Origin: an uncultured Christensenella sp.
Lineage (GTDB): Bacteria; Bacillota; Clostridia; Christensenellales; UBA3700
Reading direction: 5' to 3'
Assembly: GCA_950079155.1 (NCBI GenBank)
Contig: CATMWH010000003.1
Location: 103,739 to 167,738, forward strand
Length of the DNA stretch: 64,000 nucleotides
Positions 29,299-38,693 of this stretch are shown piece after piece. Numbering within the stretch: position 1 is the first letter of the stretch; each line of letters begins with the position of its first letter. The translations under genes were made by a program, and so were the position numbers. A model generated the notes under the pieces. That model was given only the letters and a program-made list of their open reading frames with translations, searched no databases and had not been told where the DNA came from.

Positions 29299-30090
29299 AT
29301 GAAACAGTATATAGTCGACGTTTTTACAGACAGAGTTTTTTCTGGCAATCAAGCGGCAGTGTGCGTATTGGAGAATTGGCTGGCTGATGACCTTATGCAG
29401 AATATAGCAAAAGAAAATAATTTTTCCGAGACTGCATTTGCCGTCAAAAGTGGCAAAAAGTATCAATTAAGATGGTTTACGCCTAATGGCGAAATTGACT
29501 TTTGCGGACACGCAACTTTGGGGGCCGCTTATGTCATAAATAGATTTTACGATACAAAAAACAATACTGTCATATTTGACACTTCATACGGCAATTTGAC
29601 ATTGACAGTGAAAAGCGGAATGGTGAATATGAAGACGAGCGCATATCCGTTAAATGAGATAGGGATTACTTCGGATATGATAAAGGCAATAGGCGTAACG
29701 CCTATTGCAGCGTATAAAGCCAGAGATATAATGCTTGTGTTGAAATCACAGTATGAAGTAGAAAATCTCAAAGTCGATTCTCAACTGTTGAAGAAACTTG
29801 ACGGAGTGTGCGTGGCAGTTACCGCTAAAGGGGATAAGTATGACTGTGTATCTAGGGTGTTTGCGCCTCAATTAGACGTCATTGAAGATCCAGTTACCGG
29901 ATCTACGCATTGTATGATAGCGCCATATTGGACAAAAGAGTTGAAGAAGAATCAATTGATAGCCTATCAAGCGTCAAAGAGAGGCGGTATAATATATGCC
30001 CAAGTTGACGGAAATACTGTCAATATAGCGGGTAAAGTTGTATTATACAGTGTCGCTGAGATATTGTCGGATGTACAAAACGATGTTTAG
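29299..30090 (+). CDS. PhzF-family isomerase
   Basis: 263 aa. VDVFTDRVFSGNQAAVCVL, FSETAF, LRWFTPNGEIDFCGHATLGAA, DPVTGSTHC. Confidence 0.8.
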   Translation: MKQYIVDVFTDRVFSGNQAAVCVLENWLADDLMQNIAKENNFSETAFAVKSGKKYQLRWFTPNGEIDFCGHATLGAAYVINRFYDTKNNTVIFDTSYGNLTLTVKSGMVNMKTSAYPLNEIGITSDMIKAIGVTPIAAYKARDIMLVLKSQYEVENLKVDSQLLKKLDGVCVAVTAKGDKYDCVSRVFAPQLDVIEDPVTGSTHCMIAPYWTKELKKNQLIAYQASKRGGIIYAQVDGNTVNIAGKVVLYSVAEILSDVQNDV

Positions 30091-30308
30091 CTGCGATTTA
30101 TTTTCTACAGTTGCTTTTATGACAGCGCTTGTGTAAATTATAAAATATGGCATATAGCAAATAAAACTGAAAGAATTAATAAGAGAATATTTGCCAAAAC
30201 TATACTGCATAACAAAAATATGCACTACGGAATTATAGATAGGGATAGCGTTCTTAAAATACCTGTTTGCTTCCGATATATACAAAAAAATCAAACAAGC
30301 AATGCATA

Positions 30309-30338
30309 AAGCGCCGTTGAGATTTCTCAACGGCGCTT
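30309..30338. terminator. Hairpin terminator immediately downstream of leuB (bidirectional geometry)
   Basis: AAGCGCCGTTGAG ATTTC TCAACGGCGCTT, a perfect ~12-bp stem. Confidence 0.6.
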
Positions 30339-30344
30339 GTGTTT

Positions 30345-31409
30345 TTAGATATTTTTTATAATTAAATCGGTTATTTCTCTTGTACCTAGTACTTCGTGTC
30401 CCTCTTCCCTGAGGTCGGCAGTTCTTGCTCCGCTGTTGAGAGTTTTCTCTACGGCATTTTCTATTGCGTCGCCTTCTTCCATCAAATTAAATGCGTATTT
30501 AAGCATCATTGCGGCGGATAGAATAGTTGCGATTGGGTTGGCTATATTCTTGCCTGCTATCGTAGGCGCAGATCCGTGTATAGGCTCGTAGAGTCCTCGC
30601 GTAGTCTCATTGATAGAAGCGGAGGGGAGTATACCTATACTGCCTACGCATTGCGAGGCAAGATCGGAGAGAATGTCTCCAAAAAGGTTGCCTGTGACTA
30701 CGACGTCGAATTGCGACGGCTCTCTTACGAGTTGCATAGCCATATTATCTACAAGCACGTCCTCGAGAACTACGTCGGGGTAGTCTTCGTGTATGTCGTG
30801 TACGACTTTTCTCCATACGCCTGAAGTCTTGAGGACGTTTGCTTTGTCTACTGAGGATACCTTGCCGCGTCTCTTTTGAGCAAGTTCAAAAGCAGTACGG
30901 CAAATTCTTTCGATTTCCAATTCTCCGTATGCCATTACGTCGTATCCTTCGCGTCCCATCTTGCCGTCTCTCACACCCTTTTCGCCAAAGTAGATACCGC
31001 CGATAAGTTCTCTTACCACCATAATGTCTATATTCTTTGGATTTTTGAGTGGGCAAACGCTCTTGAGCGCTTCAAACATTTTTGCAGGACGGAGATTTGC
31101 GTAAAGTTGCATAGCCTTTCTCACTCCGAGCAATGCTCTTTCGGGGCGGAGTTCGTAGGGGAGATTATCGTATTGCGGACCGCCAACTGCGCCAAGAAGT
31201 ACGCTGTCGCTCGCAAGACATATGTCAAGACTTTCTTTTGGCAACGGCTCGCCGTATTTGTCGTAAGCGCAACCGCCGCATACGCTTTCCGTGAAGTTGA
31301 ATTTGTGATTAAATCTTTCTCCGATTTTAGTTAATACGTTCATCGCAGACGCAGTAACTTCGGGACCTATTCCGTCTCCCTTGATTACCGCTATATTAAA
31401 GGTACTCAT
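30345..31409 (-). CDS. leuB: 3-isopropylmalate dehydrogenase
   Basis: 354 aa. IAVIKGDGIGPEV, LGAVGGP, VRELIGGIYFG, NLFGDILSD, GSAPTIAGKNIANP. Confidence 0.93.
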   Translation of the reverse strand: MSTFNIAVIKGDGIGPEVTASAMNVLTKIGERFNHKFNFTESVCGGCAYDKYGEPLPKESLDICLASDSVLLGAVGGPQYDNLPYELRPERALLGVRKAMQLYANLRPAKMFEALKSVCPLKNPKNIDIMVVRELIGGIYFGEKGVRDGKMGREGYDVMAYGELEIERICRTAFELAQKRRGKVSSVDKANVLKTSGVWRKVVHDIHEDYPDVVLEDVLVDNMAMQLVREPSQFDVVVTGNLFGDILSDLASQCVGSIGILPSASINETTRGLYEPIHGSAPTIAGKNIANPIATILSAAMMLKYAFNLMEEGDAIENAVEKTLNSGARTADLREEGHEVLGTREITDLIIKNI

Positions 31410-31421
31410 ATTATATTACTC

Positions 31422-31910
31422 CTAAATCTTTTTTGCTTTTATTGCGTTGATAAGTCCGCCGCATTCTATTATATTCTGAATGAACTTGGGGAATGGTTGG
31501 GCTTGATATGTCTTGCCCGTGGTTAGGTTGGTAATTACGCCGGTATCAACGTCTACGCTTACTTCGTCATCTGCGTTTATGCCGTCGACTGCTTCTGGAC
31601 ATTCAAGAATATATAGACCTATATTGAGAGCGTTTCTATAAAAAATTCTTGCAAATGACTTGGCAATTACGATAGATACGCCGCAGCCCTTGATTGCTAT
31701 CGGAGCGTGTTCTCTAGAGGAGCCGCAGCCGAAATTTTTGCCGGCGACTACTATATCGCCCTCTTTTACCTCTTTGTAAAATTCAGGATTGGTATATTCC
31801 ATACAGTGCTTTGCAAGTTCTTTTGGATCAAAAGTAGATAGATACGTTGCGGGAACTATTATGTCCGTATCGATATCGTCGCCGAATTTAAAAACTTTTC
31901 CTTTCAACAT
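31422..31910 (-). CDS. leuD: 3-isopropylmalate dehydratase small subunit
   Basis: 162 aa. [27 protein letters not shown]. Confidence 0.9.
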   Translation of the reverse strand: MLKGKVFKFGDDIDTDIIVPATYLSTFDPKELAKHCMEYTNPEFYKEVKEGDIVVAGKNFGCGSSREHAPIAIKGCGVSIVIAKSFARIFYRNALNIGLYILECPEAVDGINADDEVSVDVDTGVITNLTTGKTYQAQPFPKFIQNIIECGGLINAIKAKKI

Positions 31911-31912
31911 AA

Positions 31913-33196
31913 TTACACCTCCAATTTGCTTTCGCAGGTCAGTTTGCCTGCTATTGCGCTAGCCATTGCAGTGGCGGGAGAGGCAAGATAGATATAACTG
32001 TCCTTTGCTCCCATTCTGCCAATGAAATTGCGGTTGGTAGTTGTCACAGCCACTTCGCCGCTTGCTAATATTCCCATATGTCCGCCGAGACAAGGACCGC
32101 AAGTCGGGGTAGACACGATTGCGCCGCCCTCGATAAATGTTTTGATATATCCCTTTTCCATAGCCTCAAGATAAATCTTGTTGGTAGCGGGAATTATTAT
32201 CGTACGCACGTTGGGATTGACCTTTTTGCCTTTAAGTACTCTGGCGGCGGCTTCAAGGTCGGATATTCTGCCGTTGGTGCAGGACCCTATTATAACTTGA
32301 TCGATTGCTATATCTTTCTTTAAGTCTTCCACTGACTTTGTATTTGACGGCAAGTGCGGGAAAGCAACGGTTGGCTTAATCTTTGATAAGTCGATATCTA
32401 TCACTTGCTCGTACGCCTCGTCGTCGCCTGCTTGCATAGTTTCAAAAGTTTTACCGCAAGAGACTTTGACGTACTCTTGAGTGATATCGTCAATGGGGAA
32501 GACTCCGTTCTTTGCTCCGCATTCGATAGCCATATTGCATATAGTGAATCTGTCGTCCATTGTCATATATTTAACGCCGTTGCCTGCAAACTCTATTGAT
32601 TTATACAAAGCGCCGTCTACGCCTATCATACCTATGATATGAAGTATCACGTCTTTACCCGAAATATATTTGCTTGGTTTTCCGATAAGATTAAATTTGA
32701 TTGCAGACGGTACTTTAAGCCATACTTTGCCCGATAGCATTATACCTGCGATATCAGTGCTGCCTACGCCCGTCGAAAAAGCGCCCAGCGCTCCGTATGT
32801 GCAAGTATGCGAATCTGCGCCTATTACCACAGACCAAGGCTTTGCAATGCCTTTTTCGGGGAGCAAAGCGTGCTCAATGCCCATTGTTCCAACGTCGAAG
32901 AAGTTCTTGACGCCCTTGGCTCTTGCAAAGGCGCGTACGCACTTGCATTGCTCAGCAGATTGAATATCTCTGTTGGGAGTAAAGTGGTCGAGCACGAAGG
33001 TCACTTTGTCTGCGTCGCATAGTTGTCCTTCCGCTTTGTTAAACACGTCGATAGCCACCGGCGCGGTGACGTCGTTGGAGAGAGCAGTGTCGACTTCCAC
33101 TAGGGTAAGCGTACCGGAAGATAGCGCTGTGATTGCCTCTTCAAAAGGCATACCGAGTTTTTTAGCCAGAATTTTTTGTGTCATTGTCAATTTCAT
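31913..33196 (-). CDS. leuC: 3-isopropylmalate dehydratase large subunit
   Basis: Aconitase-family motifs [21 protein letters not shown]. The ATG at 33196 is 7 nt after AGGAGG; the track TTG at 33202 abuts the SD. Confidence 0.9.
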   Translation of the reverse strand: MKLTMTQKILAKKLGMPFEEAITALSSGTLTLVEVDTALSNDVTAPVAIDVFNKAEGQLCDADKVTFVLDHFTPNRDIQSAEQCKCVRAFARAKGVKNFFDVGTMGIEHALLPEKGIAKPWSVVIGADSHTCTYGALGAFSTGVGSTDIAGIMLSGKVWLKVPSAIKFNLIGKPSKYISGKDVILHIIGMIGVDGALYKSIEFAGNGVKYMTMDDRFTICNMAIECGAKNGVFPIDDITQEYVKVSCGKTFETMQAGDDEAYEQVIDIDLSKIKPTVAFPHLPSNTKSVEDLKKDIAIDQVIIGSCTNGRISDLEAAARVLKGKKVNPNVRTIIIPATNKIYLEAMEKGYIKTFIEGGAIVSTPTCGPCLGGHMGILASGEVAVTTTNRNFIGRMGAKDSYIYLASPATAMASAIAGKLTCESKLEV

Positions 33197-33241
33197 AGCC
33201 AAACCTCCTATAAACTTTTAAATATGTAAAATATAGATTTT

Positions 33242-33270
33242 ATTATAAATAAACGTATGACAAAAGTCAA
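33242..33270 (-). promoter_or_regulatory. leuCDB promoter, TTGACT-17-TATAAT (minus strand)
   Basis: Reverse-complement hexamers at 33265-33270 and 33242-33247. The leader is only about 40 nt, leaving no room for a T-box. Confidence 0.55.
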
Positions 33271-33298
33271 TGTATTTTCCTCTTATCGCGTTGTGGCG

Positions 33299-35044
33299 CT
33301 AGGACTTATAAGCAAGTTTTTTGTTTTTAGCCATTACTATCAAAACGACTGCTACAATTATAGCGACAATAACGCAGGGTATAGTAATTACTAAGGCAAG
33401 TTGCCAAGACGTGAGCCCCGACGCTTTTATATTTTCAGTTCTTACGTATGCCGTTTTACCTTCGAAATATACCGCCGTCCATTGGCTTTTCTTGTTGAAT
33501 TTTTCTTTGAGGTATACCGACGAACCTTCGGCAAGTTGAGCAATCTCTATTGCCTCCTCTTCGTTTTCAAAAGGCAATGCGTACAGCGTGATATACTGTC
33601 CAAGTTTCTTTGAAGTCAACTTTACCGACTTTGAAAGAGACGGAGCAGAGAGTTGTGTATACGGCGAAAGGTTTTGCGTTTTGACGTATCCGTACTGCGT
33701 CTTGCCGTCGCTATTGACGTAGCCCACTTTATACCAGCCCCAAGTAAAGTTGCCGTCCTGTCCGACGTTGTCAATGACAATGAGTTGCATAAATATCGAA
33801 GCGTCAAGCAACTTTTCGCTGCCCGCTCCTTCAAATGGATATTTATAAATAGGAGTGTTTTCGTGCAAAGGTTGGGCAAACGGACCAAGCAAGCCTTCTT
33901 TTTCTGCCGGGCACAGAGTTATGCCCGCCGACTTTTTAATATATCCGTATTGAGTTTTGTCCTCGTTTGCGTCGTGATAATATACGTATATAAAGTCGTC
34001 TTTTTCGCTCAACGCTATAAAGTATCTGCTTTGCGGAATTATCCCCATTCTCTGCAAATGTCTCGGAGAAGAATATAGCGTCACGTTTGCGTTCGTCTTG
34101 TATAGTTTGACGATATCAAACTCAGTAGGATGAGTGTATACTGTATTGTCAAAACACCCATAATATTCGAGATTACCTTCTGTATATACATACATATTGA
34201 CAGAGTTAATATTGGATTTTATATAGACGTATCTTACGTCGTTTTGACTGTCATAAGCCCAGCAAATTTGGCTGTTGCCGTTGAGTCCGTCGACAGTCAA
34301 TGTGGAAATTGAAGAATCAATATTATTATATTCATACACGCCGCTGGCGCTCAAGAGCAATATTCTGTTGCCTGCTACGCTTATTCCGATATAGTCTCCG
34401 CTGCGCTTAAGGAACTTAGACAAATCGGGATAGTGGAAATTCTGTTCGTCTATCGCATAAAAATCTCCGTCCAAAATGCAATAAAGAATATTGTCGAGCA
34501 CGGCGTAATCCTGTATATCTACATAAGCGGGATTTAACGTCCAGTCGGTATTGGAATTGAAGTATTGCGAAATCACCTGGGGAGGATCGATTGATATATG
34601 TATCAACTTGTTGGTTTCCAAGGCATAGAAGCCGTCTTCGTTTGCATATATTCCCACCAAGTATTCAACGTGCAAGTCGTAGAGAGTAAAGTTGATTTTT
34701 GCTATTCGCATATCATTGTACTCGTATGCCCACAAATACTTTTGGTCTCCCTTTTGAGCAAGCGCAAGTATGTGCGTTGAATTCATAGCGATATCCAAAA
34801 AACAGTCAAAATCGTTTTTTTCTTCATAACTCAATAATTTATTGTCTTTGGCTAGATAAATGCCTTTTGAGTTGGTGTAAGCAAAATAATCGTCGTATGC
34901 GGTCAGCAAACTGTCGTTTGTCAAAGACACCAGCACGTCGACATTTTCTGCTTTCGCCACGTTGCGTACGGAGAAAACGCTTGCAAAGCACAGGACGATT
35001 GCTAGACAAAATATTAAGGATAACCCGAAGATTTTTCGTTTCAT
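33299..35044 (-). CDS. Secreted, C-terminally membrane-anchored protein with three SH3b-like modules
   Basis: Signal peptide MKRKIFGLSLIFCLAIVLCFASVFS. Repeated ...QYGYIKKS / ...QYGYVKTQNL / ...TAYVRTENI SH3b-like endings. C-terminal TM LALVITIPCVIVAIIVAVVLIVMA followed by KNKK. Start at 35044 preferred (see the leaderless finding). Confidence 0.6.
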   Translation of the reverse strand: MKRKIFGLSLIFCLAIVLCFASVFSVRNVAKAENVDVLVSLTNDSLLTAYDDYFAYTNSKGIYLAKDNKLLSYEEKNDFDCFLDIAMNSTHILALAQKGDQKYLWAYEYNDMRIAKINFTLYDLHVEYLVGIYANEDGFYALETNKLIHISIDPPQVISQYFNSNTDWTLNPAYVDIQDYAVLDNILYCILDGDFYAIDEQNFHYPDLSKFLKRSGDYIGISVAGNRILLLSASGVYEYNNIDSSISTLTVDGLNGNSQICWAYDSQNDVRYVYIKSNINSVNMYVYTEGNLEYYGCFDNTVYTHPTEFDIVKLYKTNANVTLYSSPRHLQRMGIIPQSRYFIALSEKDDFIYVYYHDANEDKTQYGYIKKSAGITLCPAEKEGLLGPFAQPLHENTPIYKYPFEGAGSEKLLDASIFMQLIVIDNVGQDGNFTWGWYKVGYVNSDGKTQYGYVKTQNLSPYTQLSAPSLSKSVKLTSKKLGQYITLYALPFENEEEAIEIAQLAEGSSVYLKEKFNKKSQWTAVYFEGKTAYVRTENIKASGLTSWQLALVITIPCVIVAIIVAVVLIVMAKNKKLAYKS

Positions 35045-35121
35045 AAGAGTATTATAACACACAATATTTAAAAATTAAAACAAAAAATTACAGCATTATA
35101 AAGAAATATAATTAAGAAAGA

Positions 35122-35150
35122 TTGAAAATTATTTGTATTTATGCTAAAAT
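35122..35150 (+). promoter_or_regulatory. Promoter TTGAAA-17-TGcTAAAAT for the 35248 gene
   Basis: TTGAAA at 35122-35127 and TAAAAT at 35145-35150. Confidence 0.5.
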
Positions 35151-35247
35151 ATATGCAGTTGCCTGATATCAATAGTATTTTCATAGTCTTTGGCAAGAAA
35201 GATATATACATTATTGCAGATCGGCGCGCTTATAATTTAAGGAAGTT

Positions 35248-36228
35248 ATGTCAAAAAATAAATTTTATTACAAAAGTAATAATAAAAAAAAGTTCGACGC
35301 TCAGAGCGCCGCTCAAAAGATCTTGGATACCAACAAGGATAAGAACAAAGATCTTATGCGACCTATTGAAGAACTCGGATTGAGCGAAGCTACTTACAAT
35401 GCGCTAAAAGCAGGCAGAATAAACATTGTCGCCGACCTTGCGTGCAGGACTTTTCAGCAGATGTACAAAATTCAAAATATCGGCAAAAAGAATTGCATAG
35501 AGATATCCAAGGCAATGGCGAAATTCGGCGTGAAGTTTGTTCAAGACGACGCGCTTCAGCCACAACAAATAGCCAAGAACAGTCAAAACAACGATGAGAA
35601 AAGGGAAAAGGTTGACGCTCGCAACGGCAAGAATGCCCAGCAGAATTTTCCTCGCGATAAGTCGCAAAATAATTTAGTTAAGTCAGAGCGAAAAGATAAC
35701 AAAAGCAAAAAGCAAAAGAGCGAGAATGATTCTCTCAACGAGTATCTTAGCAAGTTGTACGCCGGTATGACTTGGGCAGAGATAATTATGGGAAAACGAC
35801 AGCGTCCCATAGTGGAAAAAATCGAGAGGCCGCCGCTCACGGAAAAGAGTCTTGTCAAGTTTTGCCGTAAGGGGAAATGGGGATACAAGGATTGGAAAGG
35901 AAATGTAATAGTACCGCCGTCTTATGAAGAAGCGTTTGGCTTTTTTGAAGAGAGGGCTTGCGTAGAAAAGGACGGCAAGTTGGGATATATCGACAGACAA
36001 AACAACCTCGTCATAGATTTTAAGTTTGACTGCGCGACTTCATTCAGCGAAGGGCTTGCGTCAGTCACTGTGGGAGAAAAGAGCGGATATATAGACCAAG
36101 ACGGCAATCAGATAGTAGATTTTATATACGACGTGGCTACACCGTTTTCTGACGGCAAAGCAATAGTGAGACAAAACGATCGTTGGGGAGTCATGAGCAG
36201 AGATGACCTCAGCGTATTTTGGAGATAA
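35248..36228 (+). CDS. RpoA-CTD-like helix-hairpin-helix domain, K/Q/N-rich linker and WG-repeat domain
   Basis: 326 aa. IEELGLSEATYNALKAGRINIVADLACRTFQQMYKIQNIGKKNCIEISKAM aligns by eye with this genome's own RpoA CTD. The C-terminus has about 4 WG-type repeats (GKWGYKDWKGNVIVPPSYEEAF.., GKLGYIDRQNNLVIDFKFD.., KSGYIDQDGNQIVDFIYD.., DRWGVM). Confidence 0.65.
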   Translation: MSKNKFYYKSNNKKKFDAQSAAQKILDTNKDKNKDLMRPIEELGLSEATYNALKAGRINIVADLACRTFQQMYKIQNIGKKNCIEISKAMAKFGVKFVQDDALQPQQIAKNSQNNDEKREKVDARNGKNAQQNFPRDKSQNNLVKSERKDNKSKKQKSENDSLNEYLSKLYAGMTWAEIIMGKRQRPIVEKIERPPLTEKSLVKFCRKGKWGYKDWKGNVIVPPSYEEAFGFFEERACVEKDGKLGYIDRQNNLVIDFKFDCATSFSEGLASVTVGEKSGYIDQDGNQIVDFIYDVATPFSDGKAIVRQNDRWGVMSRDDLSVFWR

Positions 36229-36243
36229 AGGAGGATTACCACA

Positions 36244-36639
36244 ATGATGCAAAGACAGAGATTGCTTGAGAATGCGTTGCTTGTAATGAAGAATGCGCAT
36301 GCGCCGTATTCGGGATACAAGATAGGTTGCGCAGTTATGGGCGAAAGCGGAAAGATTTATGTGGGTTGCAATATCGAAAACGTCAGTTATGGCGCAACGA
36401 TTTGCGCAGAACAGGTTGCTATGGGCACGGCGATTGCAGGCAGCGAAAAAGGTTTTTTGGCAATGGCAATAGTCAGTTCGGGCGAGAGTATGCCTTATCC
36501 TTGTGGAATAGTCAGACAGTTTATCAAAGAGTTTTGCAATGACCTTGTGATATTTGTGTCCAACAACAAGGGCGACGTCGTCACTACCAATATAAGCGAA
36601 CTTTATCCCGACAGTTTTGATATGACGCCCAAGAAGTAA
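36244..36639 (+). CDS. cdd: Cytidine deaminase-fold protein (homotetrameric CDA type) with a non-canonical zinc site
   Basis: 131 aa. APYSGYKIGCAV, GCNIEN, CAEQVA present, but PCGIVRQ stands in place of the canonical PCGxCRQ. Confidence 0.75.
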   Translation: MMQRQRLLENALLVMKNAHAPYSGYKIGCAVMGESGKIYVGCNIENVSYGATICAEQVAMGTAIAGSEKGFLAMAIVSSGESMPYPCGIVRQFIKEFCNDLVIFVSNNKGDVVTTNISELYPDSFDMTPKK

Positions 36640-36669
36640 GAAAGAAAAATAAAATATATCGTGTCAACA

Positions 36670-36710
36670 ATGCGTATGGTATTTAATTGATACTGTACGC
36701 ATTTTGCATT
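36670..36710 (+). terminator. Terminator after cdd (diverged homologue of the cassette terminators)
   Basis: 12-bp stem ATGCGTATGGTA / TACTGTACGCAT (2 G-U pairs), followed by TTTGCATTTTT. Confidence 0.6.
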
Positions 36711-36767
36711 TTTAGTCATAATTCGCAAGAAATGTTAAATGAACATTAAAATTTTTTAAATTAGGTA

Positions 36768-36796
36768 TTGACGCCATTAGACGAATATGTTATAAT
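36768..36796 (+). promoter_or_regulatory. Cassette promoter 1, TTGACG-17-TATAAT
   Basis: Hexamers at 36768-36773 and 36791-36796. Confidence 0.6.
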
Positions 36797-36892
36797 AAGA
36801 AAAAATAATAAAATAGGAGGATATGGAGAGCGGGAGCAGGAATCGTAAATTATCAAAGAGCAAGGTCTGTAATTAATAATTCTACTTGCAGA

Positions 36893-37246
36893 ATGTTGTA
36901 TAATAAGAATAATTCGCAGGATAGTATAGTCTTGTCTTCTGAAAATTTTACTGCAAAGAGCGGAAATAAAATTAGGGCAGTTGCAATATGGTCTGCAAAT
37001 TCAAAAACTAATGCTTGGGGCGCTGCTATTCAAAATAATATACATACGAATTATGATTTGATTCTTAATTTCGTAGGAGATAAAGACGTGTTGATGAGAC
37101 AGGGTAGTGGCAGAACTAATATGGAGTTTTTTGTATACAAGATTTCACTTCTTTCTCAATCGAATTTTAGATTAGATTTAAAGCAAAAAGATAGGAAGAT
37201 AGTCAATGACGATGATTACGGCGCAATAGCGTGGTACGTAGAATAA
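36893..37246 (+). CDS. Hypothetical protein (orphan, no signal peptide, no SD)
   Basis: 117-aa ORF. The frame is open from 36812. No recognisable motif. The stop is 11 nt before the first lipoprotein ATG. Confidence 0.4.
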   Translation: MLYNKNNSQDSIVLSSENFTAKSGNKIRAVAIWSANSKTNAWGAAIQNNIHTNYDLILNFVGDKDVLMRQGSGRTNMEFFVYKISLLSQSNFRLDLKQKDRKIVNDDDYGAIAWYVE

Positions 37247-37257
37247 GGAGGGAAAAT

Positions 37258-37818
37258 ATGAAAACTAAAATAACAAAAAGTATGATTGCGCTTGCATTGT
37301 TATCAGTGATGATAATTGCGCTGGTTGGTTGTTGCAATTGCCCAAAGGATAAGGACGACGATAGTCAAAACGTAATGCCTCTATATGATACAATTTTTTC
37401 CAATGCAATAAGGCAATGTGGTGAAGTAAAGAATTTGAATTATGATTTCAAAATAGAAATAGTCACGTCATTATCAGATTTAGAGAAATTTAATATCTTA
37501 GGCGAAGGATATACAGAGGAGTATTTTGAATACAACGTCATTTTGCTGATAAATTTTATATTTGCGTCATCAGATAAGAATATTGAATTTAAAAATTTGG
37601 CAATCAAGGATCATAAGTTCTATCCTATCTTTGAGACAAACTCGCCTATTCAAAATGAGGGGTACACTACTAATGTCTTGCATAGAATATTTGTCGTTAC
37701 AGCCCCTATATGGGTAATGAATTATGAATTTGGAGAGACGTTAGTAATCAACAGAAGAGACGTCACACTTACTACAGGCAGTTGTTATCATAATAGTATA
37801 ACAAGCGTATTTAATTAG
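37258..37818 (+). CDS. Small lipoprotein, paralogue 1
   Basis: 186 aa. MKTKITKSMIALALLSVMIIALVGC|CNC lipobox. SD AAGGAGGG. Track start at 37231 rejected. Confidence 0.8.
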   Translation: MKTKITKSMIALALLSVMIIALVGCCNCPKDKDDDSQNVMPLYDTIFSNAIRQCGEVKNLNYDFKIEIVTSLSDLEKFNILGEGYTEEYFEYNVILLINFIFASSDKNIEFKNLAIKDHKFYPIFETNSPIQNEGYTTNVLHRIFVVTAPIWVMNYEFGETLVINRRDVTLTTGSCYHNSITSVFN

Positions 37819-37829
37819 ACGTGTTGACA

Positions 37830-37866
37830 AAGCGTATGGTAGTCTTTTGATGCCATACGCTTTTTG
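37830..37866 (+). terminator. Cassette terminator (after paralogue 1)
   Basis: Perfect 10-bp stem AAGCGTATGG / CCATACGCTT followed by TTTGCATTTTT. Confidence 0.7.
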
Positions 37867-37921
37867 CATTTTTGGTCATAATTCGCAAGAAATATCAAAC
37901 GTCTACTCTGAGTATTCGGTA

Positions 37922-37950
37922 TTGACAGTTATACAGTTGAACGGTATAAT
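37922..37950 (+). promoter_or_regulatory. Cassette promoter 2, TTGACA-17-TATAAT
   Basis: Hexamers at 37922-37927 and 37945-37950. Confidence 0.65.
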
Positions 37951-37972
37951 TAAAAATAATAAGGAGGGAAAT

Positions 37973-38539
37973 ATGAAAACTAAAGTAACAAAAAGTATGA
38001 TTGCGCTTGCACTGTTATCCGTAATAGTAATTGCGCTGGTTGGTTGTTGCAATTGTCCAAAGGATAATGACGACAGCAGTCAAAACATAATGCCTCTATA
38101 TGATACAATTTTTTCCAATGCCATAAGGCAATGTAGCATGGGCGAAGTAAAAAATTTGAATTATGATTTCAAAATAGAAATAATCACGTCATTAGCAGAT
38201 TTAGAGAAATTTAATATCTTAGGCGAAGGATATACAGAGGAGTATTTTGAACACAACGTCATTTTGCTGATAAATTTTATGTTTGCGTCATCTGATAAGA
38301 ATATCGAATTCAAAAATTTGGCAATCAAGGATCATAAGTTCTATCCAATATTTGAGACAAACTCGCCTATTCTAGATGAGCCTAACACTGATGATGTCTT
38401 GCATAGAATATTTGTTGTAACAGCTCCTATATGGGTAATGAATTATGAATTTGGAGAGACATTAGTAATCAACAGAAGAGACGTCACACTTACTAGAGGC
38501 AGTTGTTATCACAATAGTATAACAAGCGTATTTAATTAG
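37973..38539 (+). CDS. Small lipoprotein, paralogue 2
   Basis: 188 aa. Same lipobox. SD AAGGAGGG 5 nt upstream. The track ORF start at 37847 reads through the terminator and promoter and was rejected. Confidence 0.8.
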   Translation: MKTKVTKSMIALALLSVIVIALVGCCNCPKDNDDSSQNIMPLYDTIFSNAIRQCSMGEVKNLNYDFKIEIITSLADLEKFNILGEGYTEEYFEHNVILLINFMFASSDKNIEFKNLAIKDHKFYPIFETNSPILDEPNTDDVLHRIFVVTAPIWVMNYEFGETLVINRRDVTLTRGSCYHNSITSVFN

Positions 38540-38550
38540 ACGTGTTGACA

Positions 38551-38587
38551 AAGCGTATGGTAGTCTTTTGATGCCATACGCTTTTTG
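38551..38587 (+). terminator. Cassette terminator (after paralogue 2)
   Basis: Identical hairpin to 37830-37866. Confidence 0.7.
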
Positions 38588-38642
38588 CATTTTTGGTCAT
38601 AATTCGCAAGAAATATCAAACGTTTACTCTAAGTATTCAGTA

Positions 38643-38671
38643 TTGACAGCTATATGTTTAAATGGTATAAT
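38643..38671 (+). promoter_or_regulatory. Cassette promoter 3, TTGACA-17-TATAAT
   Basis: Hexamers at 38643-38648 and 38666-38671. Confidence 0.65.
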
Positions 38672-38693
38672 TAAAAATAATAAGGAGGAAAAT

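Noticed and set aside
30043-30330. A 95-aa ORF in the 250-nt phzF-leuB spacer.
   Set aside because: It starts inside the leuB terminator hairpin, has no SD, and has an AT-rich, Phe/Ile/Tyr-heavy composition typical of non-coding DNA.
36823-36876. A 17-codon ORF (MESGSRNRKLSKSKVCN) directly after AGGAGG in the first cassette leader.
   Set aside because: The SD-ATG spacing is only 2 nt and the peptide has no features. I kept it only as context for the cassette finding.
37847-38693. The 230-aa versions of lipoprotein paralogues 2 and 3 given by the ORF track (starts at 37847 and 38568), and the 195-aa version of paralogue 1 (start at 37231).
   Set aside because: The extra N-terminal codons read through a terminator hairpin, a TTGACA-17-TATAAT promoter and the SD. 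The MKTK... start gives a canonical lipoprotein signal peptide directly after the SD.
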